Shown here one piece after another: positions 54,110 to 64,000 of a stretch of 64,000 nucleotides of DNA. Each line of letters begins with the position of its first letter. The stretch's first letter is position 1. Source of the DNA: the human T2T-CHM13v2.0 reference genome, Homo sapiens; the NCBI RefSeq assembly GCF_009914755.1, contig NC_060938.1. One strand, written 5' to 3'. The notes under the pieces are model-generated. The model made no database searches. It worked only from the letters and a program-made list of their open reading frames with translations, and was not told the origin of the DNA. Made by a program: the position numbers and the translations under genes.

Positions 54110-54320
54110 CTCTGAAGTCAAACCATGACTATGCCAATCGCTACTTGTGTCAGCTTGGACAAGTCACTTATACTTCCTAGGGCTCAATTTCCTTACTGTA
54201 ATATGGAGAATGACTAATCATACCTATAATGGTGTCTTACAGAGTTGTTGCAGGGATTAAAAAGAAGTGCCTAAAATGCTGCCTGGCACATAATAGATGC
54301 TCAATAATTTTAAGCTACTA
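54110..54320 (+). mobile_element. MIR
   Basis: TTGGACAAGTCACTTA..CTCAATTTCCTTACTGTAATATGG..GCCTGGCACATAATAGATGCTCAATAA. Confidence 0.75.
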
Positions 54321-54420
54321 TTATTATTATTACTACTATAATTATTATTTTTGACTTGTAGTATATAGTGCTAAATATGTTTTTTATGTACATTTGCTAT
54401 TTGTCCTCCCTGGAAGTAAA

Positions 54421-54717
54421 TTTTTTTTCTTTTTTGAGACAGAGTCTCACTCTATCACCCAGGCTGGAGTGTAGTGGCGTGATCTTGGCTCACTGCAACC
54501 TCCGCTTCCCAGCCTCAAGCTATTCTCCTGCCTCACCCTCCCAAGTACCTAGAATTACAGGCGTATGCCACCACACCCAGCTAATTTTTCTATTTTTAGT
54601 AGAGATGGGGCTTCGCCACGTCAGTCAGGCTGGTCTCGAACTCCTGACCTCAGGTGATCCACTCACCTCAGCCACCCAAAGTGCTGGGATTACAGGCGTG
54701 AGCCTTCGTGCCCGGCC
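54421..54717 (-). mobile_element. AluSx
   Basis: Antisense dimer, CTCCTGACCTCAGGTGATCC. Confidence 0.93.
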
Positions 54718-57279
54718 AGCAAATTCTTTTATAAAACCACAAGTGGTTCATCTCTTTCAGGCCTGTGGTGGCTTCCACATACATCCCATAAATACAAGTT
54801 GAATAAGGCATATAGTTAGGTTCTTTGAATCCTAGTATACTTAGGCATATGCTAATTTACACAGTTTAAATGCTGTACTTTTGAGCTTGCTCTACCAGTG
54901 AATTTTACTAAAAACTAATGGCCAAAGAAGATCCCCTGATGGTTTCCCTCAGGCTGACAGGATGATCTCTCCTCACTGCAGCTCTCTAACTCTCCTGTCC
55001 ACTGGGTGCTGTCACCCACCCCTTAGGTGAAGTCCCCCCGCTCTGTGCCCTATCTCTTGACATGGCTGGGGGACTCCCATTCTTCAGTATCAAGTGTCCC
55101 GGTCACTGATGCCTTCTGCCAATTGTCCTGGCTGCCTGAATTGGCCATGTCAATCTGGACTGGAATCTCATGTTTATGTGGATCCACCTAGATCCACTGC
55201 CTTATTTTTAGAATTATAATTGTCAGAATCATGGCAATAGTTTTTGACTTTATATTTTATGAAGTACTTTCAAGAATATTATTTGATCTTTCTGTTTCTG
55301 TGAGACAGGTAGGACTCATGTTATTATTCCTAATACAAACTAGAAGGGATGAGAAAATGTCAGGGGGTAGAAACTATTAGAACTGAGACTAGAAGAAGGA
55401 TTCACAGTGTGGGCATGTCATATTAACACTAAGCAAGAAAAAATTAAGGCCTGAGACTGTGCTGAATCCAAGAGAAACAAGTTGAAGGTTAGCAGCCAAC
55501 CTCTCCTGGGTGGTGTGAGGGACAGACCTCTTAAGGAATTAGGAAGCACCTTGAGTGTGAATATTGGAGGTTTGTTTATCTCTAACACTGGCATTTGAGT
55601 ACCTCTCAAAGAATTGATTCCATAAAGCCTTGATTCTAAAGTAGGCATTAGACTTCCTAGACTCTTTCTCAATCAAGGTTCCATTAGAGAATTGATCCCT
55701 ACAAAAATTATCTGAGTGACTATTTTCTTAATTCTTCCAAGAATGGTACAAATCTAGTACCATTCTAGATGCATAGACAAGAAATTAATTCATTACATGT
55801 GATGAATGACTTGGGACATTAGGCTTAATTCTTCTGTGGAACCGTGGTTGAGAAGACCTTAATGAGAATGAGAGAGTTAACATTAGACCTACTATGTGAA
55901 GCAACAAACTCCACCTATAGTAAGTGTTTCCCTTTAAGAATCAGAATAAAATATCAGAGTCAAATGAAGAAATCCTCTCAGAACTCAGAAACCCATGGCT
56001 AGTGACAGCTCCTTATCCCGCGGTAATGCTCCGTTTTAGGTATGAATCTTAGTAAGAGTTAAATATTCTATGAATCAATGTGGAAAAAAAACCATAATAA
56101 TCAGACTAAATTCCTGTTGATGCCACATGCTTCATTGTATGGGGACTGAGTAACAGAATGTGAACAGATTAGCACCTTCCAGCCCTCTCTGGTAGGACAC
56201 CATCTCCAGGGAATGTCCCCCAGGCAGTAGGCCAGCCAGAGCAGCTCAGCATATGAACAAGAGTACGTTCAGGTGTCAAGACAGATGATAAACTTTGGAA
56301 GCAGGCTGAATGAATGCAGCCAGAGAGCTTTTCCTGCAAAGTGCTTCCAGAGATTTGTGGAAGATATTTCCAGAGTCTGGAAATTGATCCCTATTGACTC
56401 CAGTAGGGTAACTATGACTTACAAGCCTTGTTTTGAATATAGATTAGTGAGCCAGGGCCACCTGGCAGTAAAAACAAACCAACCAGGCCTTTTCTGAACT
56501 GACAAACCACCTCCAAGCCAAGGAAGCAAGTCCGTCTTTGCCATTAACGTATCTCTTAGTTAAAATAACAAGAAGAAGGAAATACAACCAGCTAGATTCA
56601 AGAGAACAAATTCAGGGGAATTTCTCCTCCCATTTATTTCCTTCCATAACCTCTTGCAACACTTTAAACATTTACTTTGGGAGTGAGGTAAGGAAGTAAA
56701 TGCACTCTGAAAGGAAAAAAAAAAATTAGAATAAGAGCATAAGGAGCTAAGGAAACAGACCCCTAAGGAAACAGAAGCGAATATTACTTGAATAAATTGG
56801 CTTAATCAAGATTAATTCTGTTTATTAACAAGCAGAATTGTTATAAAAGCTAAGTAAGCAGTGGTCTGTGTCTCATTAGGGCAAACGACTCTCTTGGAAA
56901 AGTTAGAACTGGGAACCACAGTGAAAGCTGCCCTCATAGTAAGGAGGGAGAGAAAGTCCTCCCACAGAGCTGTTTGATGAAAAGACCCAGAAGGGAAATT
57001 AAATAAAGCTTTATTTGAGGCAAACTCTGCATTTGTTCTTCCCTTTAAAAAATAAAATAAAATGTATTTGAAAGGGTGAAATGTGTGGAATTTTACATTT
57101 AAACACTACTTAATCCATTTATTAAAGTAACAATAGCTAACATTTTATCTCCACCAAGTGCCATAGTAAGTGCTTTGTGAATTCTCTCCTGTAGTCCACA
57201 TTACAAAGCTATGGAAAAGTACTGGTATTATCTCTTTTGACTGAATTAATTGGTCCCTTTTCTGTTACTTTGGATTTTT

Positions 57280-58070
57280 TAAGTATTTATTGCTTACTTA
57301 CTATGTGCTAGGCACTGTGCTGGCCTCTAGGTGTGGTCCCTGCCCTCAGGAAACTTACAGACAATACAAAATATTAAAAAAAAAAAAAAAACAGGGGGCT
57401 ATGGTAGAAAATAATGAAGGAGGAAGAAATCTGCTGAAGTGGTCAGGTCAGCTAAAATCTGAAAGATAAGAAAGAACCAGCCGTGTGATGAGCAAGAGGA
57501 ATGAGCATACCAAGCAGAAGGCAGAGCATGTGCAAGGGCCTGAGCTAGACAGCTCTTTGTGTATTTACCGTTTAAGAAGAAGGTGGAGCCTGGCATGGTG
57601 GTTCATGCCTGTACTCCCAGCTTCTCAGGAGGCTGCAGCAGGATGATCCTTTGAGTCCAGGAGTTCAAGCCTAGTCTGGGCAACATAGTGAGACCCCATC
57701 TAAGAAGGTGGGTTTGTGAGAAAACAGTGAGCAAGATGGAGGGGAGCATGAGATAAATTTGCAGAGATGAACACAGGCCAGACTGCAAAGGAGGTTTCAG
57801 AACTTGTTAGAGTTTGGGTGTATTTTAAGTACATTAGAAGCTCCTGAAAGGTTTTAAGCCAGAGAATAATAGGATCTGATTTGCATTTTTTTTTAATTAC
57901 TCAAATGGATCTTTGGAGACTGGATGTAGGGGTTCATAAAGGAAGGCAGAGACACAAGTTAGGAAACTAGTGTTTAGGTAAAGGAGACAGTGGCTTGGGC
58001 AGGCTACAGGATGGCTGTGGAAAAGAAACAGGGTTGAGGAACACTTTGGAGGCAGAATTAATTGAGTTCT
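57280..58070 (-). mobile_element. L2 fragment containing a plus-strand Alu monomer (FLAM-like, ~57588-57700)
   Basis: TATTTATTGCTTACTTACTATGTGCTAGGCACTGTGCT; GGTTTTAAGCCAGAGAATAATAGGATCTGATTTGCA; Alu left arm GCCTGGCATGGTGGTTCATGCC..GAGACCCCATCT. Confidence 0.75.
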
Positions 58071-58494
58071 ACCTTTCACAGTTCTAAAATAGCAGTTACC
58101 ACATTCTCTCTTCACTGTTCCTTTGTCTCTTTCTGCCAATAACTTCCACCTCTCTCTAAATGCAGGAGCAATACTTCACCATCTGTGATTCCTCAAAGCC
58201 AAGCATAGTGCCTGATAAATTCTCAATAAGTATTTGATAAACACATGTTAATGAGGTAAGAAAGATACAACTTACTCTGGGAGGATTAACTACCTGCTCT
58301 GTGTTGTCTTACCTAGGTTAAAATTATGACAGGGCAAAGCTGGCAAGTTCTATTCTGAAAGAGATGGAGTCACTCTAGCACTCCTCTAGAGTAGGAAACC
58401 CAGGACTATGATATGGAGAATTTGAAGATTCTAGCTAAAGGTCATGTTGATAGTCTTGAGATTGGGTGATCCAATCCCCTGCTTCTAAGACATC

Positions 58495-58645
58495 AGAAGA
58501 GGTAGTATAGTATACTGATTAAAAGAATAGACTTTGATACCAGGTTCAAATCTTACACCAGATCCTTTCTAGCTATGTGACTTTGTGCACGTTACTTAAC
58601 ATCACTGTTCTTTATCACCTGTTAAATGGGGTAATAATAATGCTT
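58495..58645 (+). mobile_element. MIR
   Basis: CAGGTTCAAATC..TAGCTATGTGACTTTG..GTTACTTAAC..CCTGTTAAATGGGGTAATAAT. Confidence 0.75.
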
Positions 58646-58649
58646 AACC

Positions 58650-58795
58650 TGGTAGACAGAATTACAGCCACCCAAATGTGTCTACTTCCTAATCTTTGGA
58701 AACCTATAAATATGTTCCTTTACATGGCAAGGCAGAATTAAGGTTGCAGATGGTATTAAGGTCACTAATCAGCTCACCTTAAAATAATGAGATTA
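58650..58795 (+). mobile_element. MLT1D-like LTR 5' part
   Basis: TGGTAGACAGAAT..TATGTTCCTTTACATGGCAAGGCAGAATTAAGGTTGCAGATGG..GAGATTA. Confidence 0.8.
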
Positions 58796-59677
58796 CATAC
58801 CTCCAGCACACCACAGTCATCCTAAGGAGAAGAGGTCAGTCTGTCTTCCCCCTGAGCCCCGCCCCCACCACCCTGCTCATCACCAGGAGGGCCCCCCTGG
58901 CTTAGGCCCACAAAGCAGCCACCCCTACCCTGGGCTGATTGCTTCTATTGGCAGCAGCTCTGCATTTCTCTTGGGTAGAGCCTCAGGAGACAAGCGAAAG
59001 GCCCGCTGCCATTGCCACTGCCAAGTTCCCTGCCCCTGCTGCATCCAAGCTAAGGAGGGAACACAAACCCAAGCTCACCCAAGGCTGCAGTGTGCAGCCT
59101 AGGAATGCCAAGCCAAGGTCTGCAGCCAGCACTCGAGTAGGAGAGGAGCCCACACTCCCAGAGAACTGAGAGGGAGCACAGCTGAGAACATGAGGAAAAC
59201 ACACAGAAACCATGTGGCTGACCAAGAGGCCTATCTACTGGCCATTACACTTAAGCATCATCTACTGGATCACAGCCCAAGCTTCAATACCAAAAATACT
59301 TTGCTAATATACCCCCCTGTGAAGCCAAGGACAAGAATTTAGCCACAAATAAAGACCCTGCATAAAGCCTCAGCCCTCTGAAAACATCTAGAAATAAAGT
59401 CAACTTACTATACCCAAATTACAACACAGTTAAAGGAACACCCACACAAACATAAGAAAAATCCAGCACAAGAACTTTGGCAACTCTAAAAGTCCCAGTG
59501 TCTTCGTTCCTCCGAGCAATTGCAAACTTCCCCAGAACATGTGTTTAACTAGGCTGAACTGGCTGAAATGACAAATATAGAATTCAGAATATGAGTAGGA
59601 ACAAAGGTCATTGAGGTTCTGGAGAAAGTTGAAACCCAATCCAAGGAATCTATGGCTTGTAATAAAATGATACAGGA
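58796..59677 (+). mobile_element. Older L1P (PA13-16-like) 5'UTR and ORF1 start
   Basis: CATCTACTGGATCACAGCCCAA..., AAGAAAAATCCAGCACAAGAACTTTGGCAACTCTAAAAG, GGCTGAAATGACAAATATAGAATTCAGAATATG; unlike the 5'UTRs of the other two L1s here. Confidence 0.7.
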
Positions 59678-62600
59678 TTTACAGATAAGCAAATGCTGAG
59701 GGATTGTGTCACCACCAGGCCTGCCTCCCAAAGGAAGCACTAAATATGGAAAGGAAAAACTGGTACCAGCCACTGCAAAAACACACCAAAATACAAAAAC
59801 CAATGACACTATGAAGACACCACACAAACTAATGTGCAAAATAATCAGCTACCATCATGATGATAGGATCAAATTCACACATAACAATATTAACCTCAAA
59901 TGTAAATGGACTAAATGCCCCAAATTAAAAGACACAGACAGGCAAATTAAAGAGTCATGACCCATCAGTGTGCTGTATTCAGGAGACCCATCTCATGTGC
60001 AAAAACACACATAGGCTCAAAATAAAGAGATAAAGGAATATTTATCAAGCAAATGGAAAGCAAAAAAAACCAGGGGTTGCAATCCTATTCTCTGATAAAA
60101 CAGACTTTAAACCAACAAAGATCAAAAGAGACAAAGAAGGGCATTACATAATGGTAAAGGGATCAATGCAACGAGAAGAGCTAACTATACTAAATATACA
60201 TGCACCCAATACAGGAGGACCCAGATTCATAAAACAAGTTCTTAGAGACCTGCAAAGAGAATTAGACTCCCACACAGTAACAGTGGGTGACTTTAATACC
60301 CTACTGTCAATATTAGACAGATCAATGAGACAGAAAATTAACAAGGATATTCAGGACTTGAACTCAGCTCCGGACCAAGCAGACCTAATAGACATCTACA
60401 GAACTCTTTACCCCAAATTAACAGAATATACATTCTTCTCAGCACCACATTGCACTTATTCCAAAATTGACCACATAATTGGAAGTAAAACACTCCTCAG
60501 CAAATGCAAAAGAATGGAAATCATAATAAACAGTCTCTCAGACCACAGTGCAATCAAATTAGAACTCAGGATTAAGAAACTCACTCAAAACCACACAACT
60601 ACATGGAAACTGAACAATCTGCTCCTGAATGACTACTGGGTAAATAACAAAATTAAGGCAGAAATAACTAAGTTATTTGAAACCAATGAGAACAAAGACA
60701 CAATGTACCAGAATCTCTGACAACAGCTAAAGCAGTGTTTAGAGGGAAATTCATAGCACTAAATGTCCACATCAGCAAGCGGGAAAGATCTAAAATCGAC
60801 ACCCTAACTTCACAATTAAAAAAAAAAACTAGAGAAGCAAGAGCAAACAAATTCAAAATCTAGCAGAAGACAAGAAATAACAAAAATCAAAGCAGACCTG
60901 AAGGAGATAGTGACATGAAAAGCCCTTCAAAAAAAATAAATGAATCCAGAAGCTGGTTTTCTGAAATGATTAACCAAATAGACAGACCACTAGCCACACT
61001 AATAAAGAAGAAAGGAGAGAAGAATCAAATAGACACAATAAAAAAAGATACAGGGGATATCACCACTGATCCCACAGAAATACAAACTACCATCAGAGAA
61101 CACTATAAAAAACCTCTACACAAATAAACTACAAAATCTAGAAGAAACAGATAAATTCCTGGGTACATACACCCTCCCAAGACTAACCCAAGAAGAAGTC
61201 AAATCCCTGTATAGACCAATAACAAGTTCTGAAATTGAGGCAGTAATTAATAGCCTACCAATCAAAAAAAGTCCAGGACCAGAAGAATTCACAGCAGAAT
61301 TCTACCAGAAGTACAAAGAGGATCTGGTACCATTCCTTCTGAAACTATTCCAAGAAGTAGAAAAAGAGGAACTCCTCCCTAACTCATTTTATGAGGCTAG
61401 CATCGTCCTGATTCCAAAACCTGGCAGAGATACAACAAAAAAAGAAAATTTCAATATCCCTAATGAACCTTGATGTGAAAATCCTCAATAAAATATTGGC
61501 AAACTAAATCCAGCAGCACATCAAAAAGCTTATCCACCATGATCAAGGTGGCTGCATCCCTGGGATGCAAGGCTGGTTCAACATACACAAATCGAACAAT
61601 GTAATCCATCACATAAACAGAACCAATGACAAAAACCACATGGTTATCTCAATAGATGCAGGAAAGGCCTTCAATAGAATTCAATACCCCTTCATGCTAA
61701 AAACTCTCAATAAACTACATATTCATGGAACATATCTCAAAATAGTAAGAGCTATTTATGACAAACCCATAGCCAATATCATATTGAATGGGCAAAAGCT
61801 ACAAGTATTCCCTTTGAAAACCAGCACAAGACAAGGATGCTCTCTCTCACCACTCCTATTCAACGTAGTATTGGAAGTTCTGGCCAGGGAAATCAGGCAA
61901 GAGAAAGAAATAAAGGGTATTCAAATAAGAAGAGAGGAAGTCAAATTGTCTCTGTTTGCAGATGACATTATTCTATATTTAGAAAACCCCATCGTCTCAG
62001 CCCAAAATCTCCTTAAGCTGATAAACAACTTCAGCAAAGTCTCAGGATACAAAATCAATATGCAAAAATTACAAGCACTCCTATACACCAATAATAGACA
62101 AACAGAGAGCCAAATCATGAGTGAACTCCCATTCACAATTGCTACAAAGAGTAAAATATCTAGGAATCCAACTTACAAGGGATGTGAAGGACCTCTTCAA
62201 GGAGAGCTACAAACCACTGCTCAAGGAAATGAGAGAGGACACAAACAAATGGAAAAACATTCCATGCTCATGGATAGGAAGAATCAACATCATGAAAATG
62301 GCCATACTGCTTAAAGTAATTTATAAATTTAATGCTTTTCCCATCAAGCTATCATTGACTTTCTTCACAGAACTAGAAAAAACTACTTTAAATGTCATAT
62401 GGAACCAAAAAAAAGAGCCTGCATAGCCAAGACAATCCTAAGCAAAAAGAACAAAGCTGGAGGTATAATACTACCTGACTTCAAACTATACTATGAGGCT
62501 ACAGTAACCAAAACAGCACGGTACTGGTACCAGAATAGAGATATAGACCAATGGAACAGAACAGAGGCCTCAGAAATAACACCACACATCTACAACAATC

Positions 62601-63289
62601 TGATCTTTGACAAACTGACAAAAACAAGCAATGGGGAAACATTCCCTATTTAATAAATGGTGGTAGGAAAAATGGTGAGCCTTAAGCAGAAAACAGAAAC
62701 TGTACCCCTTTCTTCACCTTATACAAAAATTAACTCCAGCTGGATTAAAGACTTAAACATAAAATCTAAGCCATAAAAACCCTAGAAAAAAAACCTAGGC
62801 AATACCATTCAGGACATAGGCATGGGCAAAGATTTCATATCTAAAACACTGAAAGCAATGGCAACAAAACCCAAAATTGACAAACGGGATCTAATTAAAC
62901 TAAAGAGCTTCTGCACAGCAAAAGAAACTATCATAAGAGTGAACAGGCAACCTACAGAATGGGAGAAAATTTTTCCAGTCTACCCATCTGACAAAGGGCT
63001 AATATCCAGAATCTACAAAGAACTTAAACAAATTTACAAGAAAAAAACAACCCCGTCAAAAAGTGGGCAAAGGATATGAACAGACACTTCTCAAAGGAAG
63101 ACATTTATGCAGCCAACAAACATATGAAAAAAAAGCCCATCATCACTGGTCATTAGAGAAATGCAAATCAAAACCACAATGAGATACCGTTTCATGCCAG
63201 TTAGAATGGTGGTCATTAAAAAGTCTAGAAACAACAGATGCTGGTGAGGATGTGGAGAAACAGGAATGCTTTTACACTGTATGTGGGGG
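59678..63289 (+). mobile_element. L1PA7/8-like body (ORF1 end and disrupted ORF2), interrupted by MER11
   Basis: Endonuclease ([17 protein letters not shown]), RT (SLFADDII) and later ORF2 segments; multiple frameshifts. Confidence 0.93.
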
Positions 63290-64000
63290 TATCGGGGAAC
63301 CTGCCCTGATATTCACGTAGGTTCTTTTCTATTTTCCCTAAGCGTTGGCCGGCTTGAGAAATAAAGGGACAGAGTACAAAAGAGAGAAATTTTAAAGCTG
63401 GGCATCCGGGGGAGACATCACATGTCAGTAGGTTCCATGATGCCCCACAAGCCGCAAAAACCAGCAAGTTTTTATTAGGGATTTTCAAAAGGGTAGGGAG
63501 TGTGTGAATAGGTGTGGGTCACAGACATCAAGTACTTTACAAGGTAATCGAGTATCACAAGGCAAGTGGAGGCAGGGTGAGATCACAGGACCATAGGACC
63601 AGAGGTCCAGGGCGAAATTAAAATTGCTAATGAAGTTTCAGGCACCATTGTCATTGATAACATCTTAGCAGGAGACAGGGTTTTGAGAGCAACCAGTCTG
63701 ACCAAAAATTTATTAGGCAGGAATTTTCTCTTCCTAATAAGGCTGGGAGTGCTATGAGAGACTGGGGTCTATTTCACCCCTACAGTCTACAGACCCATAG
63801 GAGACGGCCACACCTAGGGGGGCTGTTTATAGGCCTATACCCCCAGGCGTGTATTCTCTTTCCCAGGGATTTTCCTTGCTGAGAAAAAGAATTCAGCAAT
63901 ATTTCTCCCATTTGCTTTTGAAAGAAGAGAAATATGGCTCTGTTCCACCCTGCTCACCAGCAGTCAGAGTTTAAGGTTATCTCTCTTATTCCCTGAACAA
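63290..64000 (-). mobile_element. MER11 (HERV-K11/HML-8) LTR, B-like, runs off window
   Basis: TATCGGGGAACCTGCCCTGATATTCACGTAGGTTCTTTTCTATTTTCCCTAAG...GGAGACATCACATGTC..CAAGTTTTTATTAGGG is the reverse complement of the MER11 3' end. Confidence 0.9.

Overview
Primate (human-like) genomic DNA, mostly transposable-element derived, with no recognisable functional protein-coding exon. Nearly all listed ORFs are translations of L1, Alu, LTR or simple-repeat sequence. The only gene-derived sequence is a disabled processed pseudogene of ATP synthase subunit c2 (ATP5MC2/ATP5G2, ~48163-48798, +), lying immediately 3' of an LTR16C-like LTR. Major elements: a THE1 LTR with truncated internal region; a MER52 solo LTR with a 4-bp TSD; several MLT1 pieces; an ancient two-LTR ERV-L provirus (LTR16A/ERV3-16A3-like, ~16.2-21.2 kb) retaining gag/protease/dUTPase remnants but lacking most of pol; two long L1PA elements arranged head-to-head (22848-28533 minus; 30850-36993 plus, full length); a chimeric L1 (58.8-63.3 kb) interrupted by a MER11 LTR; ~17 Alus; and MIR/L2/DNA-transposon fossils. 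The structure least explained by known repeats is a diverged ~220-250 bp direct duplication in unique DNA (38456-38677 / 39531-39779). I do not see convincing evidence of a new biological system. Repeat subfamily calls come from recalled consensus sequences and need RepeatMasker/Dfam confirmation; boundaries without a TSD are approximate.
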